Shown: one piece after another, positions 51,236-64,000 of the stretch
Position numbering within the stretch: the first letter of the stretch is position 1
Layout: every line of letters starts with the position of its first letter
Assembly: GCF_964204645.1 (NCBI RefSeq)
Contig: NC_134028.1
Span: 22,688,345-22,752,344 of the forward strand
DNA length: 64,000 nucleotides
Origin: Tubulanus polymorphus
Taxonomy: Eukaryota; Animalia; Nemertea
Reading direction: 5' to 3'
Notes under the pieces: model-generated
What the model was told of the DNA's origin: nothing
The model's input: the letters and a program-made list of their open reading frames with translations, nothing else
The model's database searches: none
Made by a program: the position numbers and the translations under genes

Positions 51236-53749
51236 AAGACTAAGATTGTTTAGATTTAAAAAATTGCTCGCTGCAGACGAGTGTCATGTAGAAATCCACG
51301 AAGTATCCGATCGCGTCATCGAGTTGATCAATCCAACACTCGGGAAACCTCCGTCGAAGAATTGTCCGTAAGCCAATGGCCGCCAACTAGAATTCTCATT
51401 ATCAGCGGTAAGAACGAGGATCGATAGACCGACGCTGAAAGAGCGTCTCATATCAGTGCTAATATCTCAACTAATCGTTTTCATTTATCAATTAGTCGCC
51501 GTGATGCCTCGATAATGGTCGTTTCGGTTGCACCGATCGGATTTTCTATCGTTTTGGTGAGATTATAAAGTACTCGTTGAGCGGCGCTTTATGGCACTTA
51601 CGGTTATTTCAGCGGGTCGCGTTATGCATCTCTAGAGTGGCGGCCGGTAAAATTTAGACTAATGTCGATACGTCGCGAATGGGGAGTATCTCGACGGTGA
51701 CAGATATTCCGACTACGGTCATTTCTCTGCCTGACGAAATCGCACCCATCATTTTTCCTCGATAGTGGCCATGTTTTTGGAAGAAAAAATCACACGGAAA
51801 ATAATTCATATTCATATTTATCATTTCTCTCGACGGAGGCCAAGATGTATGTAATAAGTGTGACTTTTCCACGCAGAAAACGATAAATATAAGTATAAAT
51901 TCTTCAGTGTTTTTTTTCCAAACAAAAAAATGGCCGCCGTCGACAAAAATGACAGATTTGAGTATGAATTGATAATCAGTTAGAACGAAATTAATTTTCT
52001 GTTTGAAAAAAGAAATCACTGAGAACAATTCAACGTGATTATGCTCTTGGATCTACACCAAACAAGATGAATGAATATGGTTGTCGTCAGGATGCTGTCG
52101 TATTAAATAAAGCCGACATTTCCTGACTCTCTTCTATTTTTTCCGGCTGTGGTATCGTCTTTATATTAAGGGCAATGACGTCATGACTTTCTGAGTGGTG
52201 TCACGTATAGCCACGGTCGGGCCAGACGGAGATTGCGATCAGTCGTTGTGACTGGAGGATTCGTCGTCTCGGAATCAGTGATATACCACAGCGGGTAAAA
52301 TGCGTGAAATGGAAAACGAGTCGTGGCTTTATTGCAATTCACCCCTCGTTTTTAGCGTTTATTGGATAAATAATCGGCAATCCGATTCTGCTAGTAATGT
52401 AAACAATTCGGCTCGAACCTTTTTGTTGAACGACGACGACGTCATTCGCTTCCGTAACCGGCTTTTATATACCGAACGGGTAGCAAAAGGGTATGAATAA
52501 CAGCTTTTTTCATCGATTCGTGGTGAAGCTTATAGAGTACTGTCAGAGTCTGAAAGAGCCGGGAATCGATTGACAGTACAGAGTTCAATCGGGCCACGTT
52601 ACGGAACAGAGAACGATAAAGGAAAACCTATAAAAAAAACTTTTTTATAACATACAACAAGTTTAAATATCAGCGTCAAAAATCGTCATTTATTACCAGC
52701 CTAAAAGCTACGTTTTCCCAGGTATACGTATGCTACTGGAGCCGATAAGCCATCCAAGTAGCCATCAATCACGAATGATGCGATCAGCTTCGATGCCTCC
52801 TAAAGCTAGTCAATCAATCGATCTCACAAATAAAAAAAACGATCTTATTCAAGTAGACGTAGTCAACTGAATTTGCGTATGTGCTATTCACGACGTAGCT
52901 TTTAATTGAATTTCCGTTGCAATCGATTAGATCCGATCTACACACGCGCTGAGATGACTTCTACTATTTGAAATCGCCTGCTAACAAGTCTAGGCCTTTC
53001 GATATCGATCTTACATTAAAATTGACGTGTCTTCAGTAAGTATTTGGAAACATAACGATCCTTAATCATAATCTTAAAAGATGTACTTATCACAGAAATG
53101 TGATGTATTAGTATCGATCGGATAGAAATGTGTTTATACGGTATTTGATACGGCTTTGGTCCAGCGCAAATATCGACGGTCACTGCGCAATGGGTAACAC
53201 CAGCATTCCCGCTTGATGGCGTTACGAGCACTCACGCTTATGACGTCACAATTACTTAATGCTGTAAATAACAATATATTAATTAAACTCGCTAGATTTG
53301 TAAATGCTGGTCTCAAGCTACTTAAGTAAAATTCATGTATACATATCTGTTATCTCTACTATTATTCTATTCTATGTGTATCTCTATTTTCTTGTTTTTA
53401 AGTTTTGTAAATTATAAATTTTATTGTACGAATTCTTGTTACCTCTATATACCAGTGTTTGGTTAGAGCGAAATAAATAAACCTTAAACCTTAAACCTTA
53501 TGAAATTCATTGTTCTTTTTGAATGTGCCAAACTAAACTATGTACGACAATTACTTAATGCTGAAAATAGTAATGGAGGGTATTTCGTGGGAGGTTTGAG
53601 GCGGTAGTTGGTTGTGTGGGAAATGACCACTGGGAAATTACTTGGGAAAACTGAAATATATGTTCTCTCTATTATCAATACATTCAATGAGCATTTTCAT
53701 TGAAGTTGTTTGAATCATGGATATTTACCGTATGAATTCGTGTATTCTC

Positions 53750-54280
53750 TATGTACGAATGTTTGGATAGAGAGAAATTCTCTTCTATTTTTATGTTTTC
53801 ATTATCGATGAAATTTGAACTGAATTCTTAGGCTCCGGAATCAATAAATTATTACCACAGGTCCCACCGAATGTACATTGATTTCATTTTCTACTCGGTG
53901 ACTGGTATAGTTTACATTCATCATTGGATTCATTTTAGAAAAAAATTCATTCGATTTCAACAACTGCAATGGCCGACTCTATTATCAATCCGGATTTACT
54001 CTTTTATCGATCACTTGATCATCCACAGGGTTCCGGACTCTCCATCTTGGCGAGGTGGTTTAGTCGCGGAGTGGAGCCGTGCGGTTAAGAAGATACACGT
54101 TCAGCATAGCAGCATTAACAGGCAACCAGTCTAGGCTCAGCAACCAGTCTATTAAGTGATAGTACAGTCTCTCCGATTGTACTCTTTTTCACTGAAATCA
54201 CCGGATCATCCAGATATCACTAACGACGCCCGTTTGTCATACGTGGAATGGTCGATTGCCACAGTAGCTTTCCCCATTCC
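53750..54280 (+). mobile_element. Interrupted MITE family A copy
   Basis: Shares GATGAAATTTGAAC, GGTATAGTTT..CAT and GGAAT..TCGATTGCCACAGTAG..CCCCAT with the other copies. Confidence 0.55.
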
Positions 54281-57200
54281 CCATTCTGCAAGCCGTTTTC
54301 AGCCAGAAAAAAAGAACGAAAAAAACACAGATGTTCATTAATCATTCAAAGACGGCAAATCTTGATCTGATGGTGTTGCACAAGGCGTGTAATAACCATC
54401 CGTTCAGTATTCATGAAGGGGAACCTGGTATCACTTGTTAAACCAGTTCGTTAATGGTCGGACGTCTTATGTAGTCTCGCTATTTTCTGGACCCTGTTGG
54501 TTCCATAGTCGTCGATTATGTTTGACGCGACAGTTAAACGTATTTCATTTGAAATGGTTTAACCTTTGGCCGAATGTTATCTACGAACTGTGTTACTAGA
54601 CCTGGGCTATGTGAAGAAATACTCAATTCTACTCGTTACGTTTTTCTTTTATTATCAGCGGATTTTTTGTCGATTGTAGATGAGCCTTATAGCCTAATCC
54701 CTTAGTTGCCAACAAGACCTTTGACTCAATTGGCAGACAAAATCTAACCCACGACTGTGGAACTGTCTCGCAAAATTCAGGCGTTGGACGAGGTCTGACC
54801 ATTGAAGTATTCTTTTGGTTAAAGGCGGTATCGCGGTTTTATAGATTGGATACGGAGTAAGGGAAAGTGACCACTGAGTCGTGTATGGACAGCGCAGGAC
54901 CCACGATGTAGACACACCCGTAGCATCGGCCTCAGTCGTATAATTTCCGGCGAGTGAAATACACGTTGCGAGCGTTGATTTAGGCGTCAATTGGATGATC
55001 AGTGACGGGTCATTAAAGATTGTAGATTGCCAATCTGAACCACAAATAAATCCGAGCCAATAATAGTTATTTTCACGCGGAAGAGACGCATTTTGCGGCG
55101 ATACTGGTGCTGGCAGTATATGGTGATTGAAGGACTGGTGTAAATTCGCGAGTCAAGTTCAAGTTAATGATCTGCGGTGATAATCACGGCTTCCGGGTGA
55201 ATTCAACATTAAAAGGTTGAAATGATTGAAATTGAAACTACTGAAGTTAAATCTAATTCGCGAGTGATACATTGCGGCAATGAAAGACCAAAAAAGTCTG
55301 TTTTCAGTAATCTCACATCTCCATGTGGTGTACCGACACCGACTCTGATTTGATAGAGTTAAATAGAATACTTCGACGTATCTAATACGGTAACAACAGC
55401 TTTTATCTCAACATTTCATTGAAGAAATATGACTTATCCATACAAACTAACCCTAACCCCGTTATTATTGTGGGATCCTCTCTACATAATAAAGAACGGC
55501 TACTCGGTCATCAATTAGGACTCCCATTGAATAGAAAAGAGGGCCGTGCCTCATCAAAATGGCGAACCTTATATTTAAGGTGTGGCGGAAGTTTTGTTTC
55601 GGTTATGACGGGTATGGATGGGATTGGCTAAAGTTATTAAACGATTAATAACAATAATGAATTGGGTCGTAAATAGACGTCCAAACGGCATTGCGCTATA
55701 ATCCGAATTAATCCCTAAAGCAATTCATCACCATTTCTGCGTAGGATGTTTTGAGTTTCCGCCGCATCCCACCCTTTATCCGTATTAGTACCGTGTCAAT
55801 TTAGCCGCCCATGCAGTAGCTTTAAGATTGAAAACGATAATCCGGAGTCGAGGCGACTTTGTCGAACCGGCGATCGCACAACATTGGATAACGATAAACA
55901 ATATACCTAACACCGACACAAACTAACCAATCAGTGACAACGAGCCGGGGTCACGTGACCAATAAGATTCACTACTATTTCAATATGATGCGATATGATT
56001 ACTACTTTCCCCATCGTCGATGTTTTTAGGGCGGCAGAGGTCATTGTGCGTGATGGTATCGAAAGCCTTTCGTTAGTCGACGAAACCGCAGAATAGTGAT
56101 TTTTGTGGGTAGTTACGGTGACAATTAGCACTTTCTGATTCGGAATAACCACTTCTAAAACCTGCTTGATTTTCGTCAATAAGTCGCACCTGTTCAGCAT
56201 AACTACCGAGGTGTTCATTAGCAGTGACGTGAGAAGTTTTCCAACACACAGCTTAGGAGTTGTATTATCAAAGCCTGTATTATTTTGTATCTTTTCTGCA
56301 TTATATTTTTTTTTCTATGTATCTTTCCAGACCTCCTTAAACTATCATCTTCTAATCAGGGTAATAAAGTTATATCGTATCTTCATATTTCATCGTTTCA
56401 GAGCGCGCGAACTAAATCATCGCAATACATAAACGCAAATCAGTCTCATGTTTTTGGTGTCAATGCATCTTCACCAGCTACAAAAGTCGGCAATTTTCGT
56501 ACTTTTTTCACTTTTCGATGAAAACGTTAAGCGAGGTTTTTCTCAAAAGAATTGTACCATATCATCTATTCATCAGATGGAAATATGCTGAACAGTACTC
56601 TTTTTACGAATCTTGATATACTGAGGGAGTTCGCGGTGAAAAGCTTGTTACTTTCGCACGTAACGCCTCGCGCTATTAAACAGAATCAATTTACCACGTC
56701 ACACGCCAAACACTGTCTCGAGACACACACGTCCTACGTGTGACTTGAGTGACACTGTAATTCAAATATTTTCTCCATTCCCAGTCACGGATTTCATCGG
56801 CTTCGAATCAATGTTGGTTTCCTCCGCTAATATTTGCGCCGTTCCTTCGTTCGCCTAAAGTCTCCCCGGAGGCCATTTTCATAGTAATACACTCTTCACG
56901 TTGCGTCGTCAAAAGTATTTCGTTTCCGCTTAGTTTTTACGTTTGTCGATACGATGTCTGTTACCGATAGAGTACTAAATGTATTAATAGTTTTTTCTCT
57001 TTTTAGATGCCGAACCAAAGACCAAATCTAGTTTTCGACGCCGGACCAATACGACAGGATAGGATGGGTTTGTGTTCTTCAGATTACCGAACGCATTTAT
57101 TTATGTATGCGTCGTCTGTCTTCCTTTAGAGCGGTTGACCACATCTATCTTGTTTACATCTAAATGCCAAAAAGCTATCACCAGCACTTACGACCGTATC

Positions 57201-59197
57201 GGTAGCAGAACTGTGTTATTACGGAAATAGACATAAGCGCCAAACTGCGATATCCCGGGGACAGCGCGGTGTATACCGCCGCTCTTGTTAGTCTGTCAAC
57301 TGTAATTGTCAGTCATATGATCGAGCCAATAAAACTCGTGTAGTTTGACGCCTGGGGCCGCTAAAAATACCCAGTGCCGATCGTATATATCAGCTCCATA
57401 AAGCGCGTTTATTGCTGTGCGCGCGATGGATTTTACGACGGGATAGAAACTACGCGAAGCAATTAGTAGTAATCAGTGACTGTTCATCTCGGGAGAGAAG
57501 AACAGAAATCGAATCGTGTGGAGGCGTTTCAGGAGTTTATTCACTGCTTGACGCGCACGTATCAAACTTTTTGAAAACACCCCCGAATACCTCACGAAAT
57601 ATTTTTTTTCGAAATAGTTATCAATTTGTATTGAAAAATTTAATCAAAATTGCTCATGAATCCAATGTTTTGTTTAGTTTTTATATGATTCAAATTAATT
57701 TACCATATTCCCAATACAAACGGGGGTCGTATTGAAATTACCTTCGATGTGTCTATAGTCGACGCACTCGTGATGGAGGATGATACGTAGCTAAAGCGAG
57801 GATATTTCGAGCGGAACCCCGTTGGAGGAAACGACGAATGGATTGTCTACGGTTCATCTGATTCCCGCGATGAAAAGATTATCACGATCGGATGAATGAA
57901 ACTCGTTGACGGTTTTTAAGAGTTTACCTCGCGGTGGAATTGAACTCGTATTTGCGTGCACGGCGCGTATACGTGTAGCTGAAAGTTTGTTTTCCAAGTT
58001 GGAGAAGCGGAAAATGCAATTAGAAACGGACATGTTCCGCTCGCGGGCGAAACGAGTATTTGTATTGAAAGGTCGATTTAATGAATTGATTTCCTTTTCT
58101 TCTACTGGGAAATATTCTTCAAATCGACGATTTAACGTGATGGTTGATGTTCTATAAACATACCAGCATTGCGTATCGAAATATACGGATGAGCATTGCG
58201 ACCATATCAATTTTTTTCGTAGTCAAAATTGTAAGTCGAGATTAGGAAAAATCATTGTGACGGCAAGAATGCTCTTCCGTAGAAATGTGAATGTTTACAC
58301 ACATGCTCACATTCTACAATCACCGTAACGAATGAATATTCGCAAAAAAGCGACTACCTCGTAAGGCGTCCATGCTGAGAGCAAAAGTCTGTAGATTCCG
58401 AACAGCGTTTTTTTTTTCTAGCATTTTCGATGGCACTTCGATTCGATAAGCATGGTCGGTCTTTTTAGGGGCGTCTCTAATCTAAGAATAATAGCTCTTT
58501 GAACGATCGACTATTTCTATGCGGACGAACGGCAGAAAATGTCTATTTTTAGTTGCGATTCGATTTGATTATTGCGCGAATCAGGCACGTGAAACGAAAT
58601 TCAAAAATGAACGAAAGATGAGATCCGCGCACCCTCGCCTCATAGTGCCGGGGATGTTTTAACTTTCGCTAAGAAAATCGAATAAACTACGGTGTCATCA
58701 TATTCTACGAAATCCTGATTGCATTTTCGAGATTCTTTCGTTCGTTTTATCGAAGATGATTTTCAACAGTAATCAAATAAAAAATCCAGTGACGTTTGCA
58801 TTTCTTCGTCAAGGTCACGTCGATAAGTACAACGCACGGGCTAAATGTCACGTCGGTTGTGAAGTTCGTGATTACGGCTGATCAACACTGAACCCGGGTC
58901 GCGGTGTGATGTAGTTCTCCATCAATCATTCGATCTTCACACTGAAGAATCGTTTATTAACGAGTACCAGCCGTTAGAATAATAACCCGGCTTCGTCTAT
59001 GAACATTTTATGAGATTAAGTCACGGGGTTGAATTGCAACTTGATCAGCCAATCAGATATCTCGTTATATTTTAGCCCGGGTTTTCCCATTAGTAGTTCT
59101 TCCGTGAAAACTACCTCAGCGATTATACAACGAGCAATCGGATTGGTGGCGCTAGTTTTCGCGCGGCAAAGCTGCGCATGCATCTGCGCACCCGGTC

Positions 59198-59280
59198 TAC
59201 TGTGGTAGGGGTTCGTGCCGTGACCGAGTGTAGCGATGCCATCGGGTTCGAATCCCTGCCGAGGGAGGATGGTGTTCCCT
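59198..59280 (+). mobile_element. tRNA-derived SINE head
   Basis: CGGGTTCGAATCCCTGCCGAGGGAGGATG. Confidence 0.6.
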
Positions 59281-60679
59281 TCATATAAAACGGGTTTCCA
59301 ATCAACAATCGATTACTGCTATATCAAAACACATTATAAATGCCGTTTTAATGTTTAATGAGAAACTGTCCTGGTAAGAAAAGATAAGAGAAAGTTACTG
59401 AAACGTCACAGCGACTAATAATTATTTATCAGAAATTATTTATCGTCCCCAGGACGTCGCAAAATTCCGATTTTTCGAGAAGAATATTCTATTCTTCTAA
59501 ATTTTCTGTGAGGAAAAGAAGTTCGATGATAATAAAAGATAATTCGTCAATGATTAGATTGTTTCGAAAATTACATTTTATCATATTCCATGATTTTTCA
59601 ATCGGTAAAAAACAAAAAGAATTATCCGTGCTAATAACGAAATTTCATAATACAAAAGTCGGAATAGTGAAACGGTCCCGGTATAGCAGATCTAACCATC
59701 CGGGAATTGGTGTTATCGGTACACCTTCCCGAAACCGATTCGATTAGATCGATGACGTCACCGCTCACTCGTCAGATATTCGACACGGAATCCGTGATTA
59801 TCGATTAATTAAAGGCCAACCGACGCAACAGACGATCAACTGACGCTAGACGCTGAATACAATTCACGATCGGTAGAAATCGATCAATCATGATCACGCA
59901 GCCGCAATGGACTGTATCTCAGGAAGTCAATAACAGACGGGAATCACGTGAATATCTACGGTCCGTTCAGTTATAGACACTAACTTCCTGCTCGGGCTGA
60001 TGTCTAATCAGAAAACTGATATTTTTCAGATCCTTTACACCGTATACATTCCAAACTATTTATCTAGGCATTGCATAAAATATTCGGGCCGCAACGTAGA
60101 ACAGAAATAACAAGAGTTTGCTCCTAAAAGTGCTGGAGAATTTATCTATCGTTTGTACTTCGTGTAAGAAAAATGACGTAGGATGCGGGTATTACCATTT
60201 ATATTTGAATGCAGTGCATATGATCATTTAAGAAATTACTTGAAAAAATTGAGTGCGCGCTAAATGTCGATATAACAACCCTATCAAAAATCTTGAAAAT
60301 AATTAGTCTGATTCTGACAAATACGTACATAAGAGTACGAAATATGTTCGTGACGATATTGTAAGAAAGAGGGTTTGTCTGCCATGAAATGCGTCTGTCT
60401 AGTAAGCCATGTTATAAGATGATGCATAAATGAAATAGCTCTGATTTGAATAATGTTCGCTGTTTTTTCTTCTGTTTCACTTTGATTGAATGTACGTCAC
60501 CCGCCACGTTATCAAATAATTAGGCCAATCTCAAACAACGCATTGCGAGGAAATCATCATCAGAATCGTTAATCCACGAATCGCGTGACGTTTCTTTTTT
60601 AGTTACATCGATGTCGTCTATGGACGGATTAATTCCCGAAGGAATGTGGAAGGAAAACAACTTCCAAACGCAACATTCG

Positions 60680-60977
60680 ACGGAGAGAGGTGGGGAGAGA
60701 AGAGAGAGGGGAGAGAGGCGAGAGTGATGGAGAGGGGGAGAAGATAGGGGAGAGAGGCGGGAGAGAAGGGCAAGAGAGGGGAAGAGGCAAGATTGATGGA
60801 GAGGGGGAGAAGAGAGGGGAGAGGCGGGAGAAAAGGAAGTGAAAGGGGACGAGATGGGAATGAGATGAGTGAGGGAGAGTGGAGAGAAGAGAGTGGGGAG
60901 AGTGGCGGGAGAGAAGGGAGTGAGAGAGGAAAGAGATGAGAGTGAGATGAGAGTGAGGGAGAGGGAGCGAAGAGGGC
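60680..60977. repeat. GA-rich polypurine low-complexity tract with degenerate internal repeats
   Basis: Directly visible; repeated GATGGAGAGGGGGAGAAGA.AGGGGAGAGGCGGGAGA unit. Confidence 0.9.
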
Positions 60978-61619
60978 ATCGAATTGATCCGTTCTAAATT
61001 CGTCCGATCCATAGTCCGGGCAGTCGCGATGATTACGTATCTCAAACTTTCGTTAACAAATATTTCGAATGTATATGCGATACACTTAAAACTATACACA
61101 TAATACAAATATACATTGATGACAATACTACCGACCAGTTAGCTGTAATATCGATTGCAAACATTCATTTAAAGAGTCTTCAGAAAAACCCAGTCGAGGG
61201 CACTCTACGCATTCTATTCTTAGAGTTTCCCAATAATTACTTTTTTATTCGACCTCTCGAATATAATCACTTATTTCGACGAGGAGGCCGCGCGGCCGCG
61301 CTACACTATCTGTGCACGTGCATTATTGCAGGTTTGTATTTTTGTACTGGTATGGGGTGGCTCCGGGTTATATTCCGCTGCATTCCGGAATATAGCCAGA
61401 AAATATGACTAATTTTCTAGAATTACCAAATCTGACAGGTCCAGGACCTACACACCCCCGTTATTGGCTTCGCAACTGCGGTGCACGCTCCTGCCGACTT
61501 ATCATACAGAAACCACGATTGATAAAACACTATATCCGTGTTGAAGCGATGTGTAGAGAGAATCCGACAATAATAACGAAAAAACCGGTCCGAAAATGTA
61601 ACTGAAGCTACGTAGTAGT

Positions 61620-61665
61620 TTATTTAACGTTTCGACTATATCCTAATAGTCATCTTCAGGAATAA
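61620..61665 (-). ncRNA. Minimal type I hammerhead ribozyme, inverted copy
   Basis: Same core and stem II as 61688-61733; stem I' is AAAUAA (one mismatch). Confidence 0.65.
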
Positions 61666-61687
61666 TGAAGAAGACTATTAATAGTCA

Positions 61688-61733
61688 TTATTCCTGAAGA
61701 TGACTATTAGGATATAGTCGAAACGTTGAATAA
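61688..61733 (+). ncRNA. Minimal type I hammerhead ribozyme (Penelope-associated)
   Basis: UUAUUC [stem I] CUGAAGA U-GACUAU..AUAGUC [stem II] GAAA CG UU / GAAUAA [stem I']. Confidence 0.75.
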
Positions 61734-63464
61734 ACTACTATAATATAGCTTCAGTTACATTTTTGGGCTGTTTTTTTTTTTCATTGATATTGTGGGATTC
61801 CCTCTACCTCTACACAGAACAGTAAACTGCGTCGCAAATTACTGAACATTTAGCAACGTGAAATTAAATAGATGACAGATTACAGATGAGGGATTTTATT
61901 GAAACTCGTTTGTTTCGACGGGCATTTATTTTCACGCTATTCAGACATTATAAACAGTCGATGTATGGATTTTCTATTTTGACCGCGACCGCAGCAGACC
62001 GCCAATTTTTGTTGAACAATCACATGAAGACTACAATGTTTCGCGATGAACACACCCTCTAGTTGGTGATGAGTTATTCATGTTTAACTCGAGCTGCAAT
62101 GAAATGTATATTTCTGATCAGGAGCTAATTAAGCTGCCTGTCTAGATGAATATTTGATAACGGTATAATCTCCGCTTGCCTCTGATTTCTCATGAAGTAC
62201 ACCGGATTACGCGAGTTATTGGCCAGTCAGAGCAGGGATGAGTCGTTATCATGATGAATTGCAGCTCTTTATTTATGTTCTACATGATTGGATCAGATGG
62301 TTTACAATAAAGACAACAAAACAATTTTAAAAACTATGCATAAAAATAGTAATTAATCCACATTTTGTTACTAAGTGCTCTTGTCTTGGTATACCTAGGG
62401 AGCTCCCACCTCCCTGGTACACCTAAGTATCGTCATTTTTCATTCAACAGTTTATGAATAGAATAGAATATGTTTTATTGCTCGACAAAAATACAATTGC
62501 TCAAAACAAAATCGACGTATAGAAAATACAATAAATAATGCGGTTCACGTATAAAGAGATTGATTAACCAATATGTGCGAGTCCTATATACCCTGCGTCT
62601 TCATCGGAAAATTTATCTCACCGAAAGCTTCGATAGTATTTAATCATTTCAGTATTTGCCTCAAGTCTATATAATAACTTGTTTTGTTTTTCTTGAATTT
62701 GACTATTATCTCTATATGCCTCAGTACAATAACGAGTCGGTTGAGTTGAACACAGTAAGTTACAGCGGGCTATATTATGCAAGCATATCATATTACCTCA
62801 AAAAACTACGTCACCATTCTATGCCAAAGAACGATTTCGATTTTTGTCGTTTTCCTTTGTTCGAAAACGCGTAAGGTATTAGCGACGCATTTTCCAGCTA
62901 TCTAACCATCAAAAGCAGACGAAATTCAACTATTTCCTTGTGGGCGCCGCGAACGCAGTTTTGCCGACGAAAGAATGATCGAAATGCGAATTCATCGGGC
63001 GATGATGTTCCATTGGAAAAAACAATCAGCAAACGCGTCAGGTGTTAACGACAGTTATTTAACATTTTATGATATTCTGATCAGGTATGGTAAATATTTA
63101 CTGGAAATAGACGCCGCGTAATTTCAACTAATCGTGTTGTTTTTCTTAATGAATAATTCAAACAAAAGCGTTGTCGTATTTTTCCACGTTCGCGTCTGAT
63201 CTGGAATGAAATGATTCGAATAAAGCGACGTATTGTGTGTCGATCATATTTCCAGCGTGTGACATGACGTATCTTCAGATTGAAATCTGCCACAGCGCCG
63301 CAATCTATGAATAAGTATTTGTCCACATCTCGCCTGTCCATAGCGGTCAGGCCATTCTTCTCACACAAGAAATATATTGTATAGCCATCATTTATTACAC
63401 TTTATTGCCAACCACCTGCGATTTTGACGGATGAGAAAACGTTGACGGCCTGGGCGAACTTCGG

Positions 63465-63680
63465 TATGGTGGCTTTATTCGGGCCACGCTGAGATTTTCT
63501 AAACATGGAAGGTCTGAAAACAAATTTGATAGCGAGAAAACAAATATTGACGCGAGAAAACAGAAATATTTGTTTTCTCGCGTTAATTTTTGTTTTCTCG
63601 CATTAATATTTGTTTTCTCGCTATGAAATTTGTTTTGAGATTTTTCGGAAATCTCGGTGTGGCCTAAATCAGCCACCAAA
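63465..63680. mobile_element. Second IS3EU-like non-autonomous element
   Basis: TATGGTGGCTTTATTCGGGCCAC ... GTGGCCTAAATCAGCCACCAAA; internal GCGAGAAAACAAATATT repeats in both orientations; TSD not preserved. Confidence 0.65.
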
Positions 63681-64000
63681 GCGTAGCTAGTCGACTCTTG
63701 TCGTCGGAGCTCATAAACCGAACGCGCTATGGTTCGTCGTAACGCATTACACACTATCGGGCGTCTTGGGAATATATCCGAACTATTGCGGCCGCGCTCA
63801 ATCCCGTGGTATGAAAGTCCCCGGATTATAGTCCCGACTAACTGACATTCGGTTTCACTTCGGTTTCACTTTGTAAACTAATAGTCGACTAGCTCCGATA
63901 ACCGAATTTCGCCTAACTTTATTCCATTCGATAGTTGTTAACTTTGTCGGAGGTGACCTAATATTCGTATATGCGTAAAAAACCGGTGCACATTTTCTTT

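Larger units (their letters stand above)
61551..61815. mobile_element. Inverted Penelope-like pseudo-LTR pair (foldback)
   Basis: ~120-bp inverted arms centred near 61680, nearly perfect in the inner 70 bp. Confidence 0.75.

Noticed and set aside
60629-61108. 159-aa S/P/L-rich ORF
   Set aside because: Low-complexity purine tract; no domain features.
63520-63625. Short repeats that might mimic a CRISPR array
   Set aside because: Eukaryotic context, no unique spacers, repeats in both orientations inside a MITE; no cas genes.

Overview
Metazoan invertebrate genomic DNA with GT-AG introns; it looks spiralian/lophotrochozoan, but the species cannot be determined from the sequence. The first 26 kb is gene-dense. 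It holds an SLC22 transporter (-, runs off the left edge), a C6orf89-like type II membrane protein (+), tRNA-Leu(CAG) (-), a WD40 protein (-), an intronless FMRFamide/srw-type GPCR (+), an INPP5K-like inositol 5-phosphatase with a SKICH domain (+), and the two 3' exons of an SIFamide/NPFF-type receptor (-). The remaining ~38 kb has no credible coding exon and is probably one giant intron of that receptor, filled with MITEs, SINEs and microsatellites. Four observations stand out. (1) The INPP5K-like enzyme has an apparent N-terminal signal peptide plus pro-like linker, suggesting a secreted phosphoinositide phosphatase. (2) Two foldback elements each carry a pair of minimal Penelope-type hammerhead ribozymes. 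(3) An abundant AT-TSD MITE family carries CTCF-like motifs near both ends. (4) Micro-palindromic elements of 21-48 bp have 7-bp target duplications. All gene models and family calls were made by eye without database searches.
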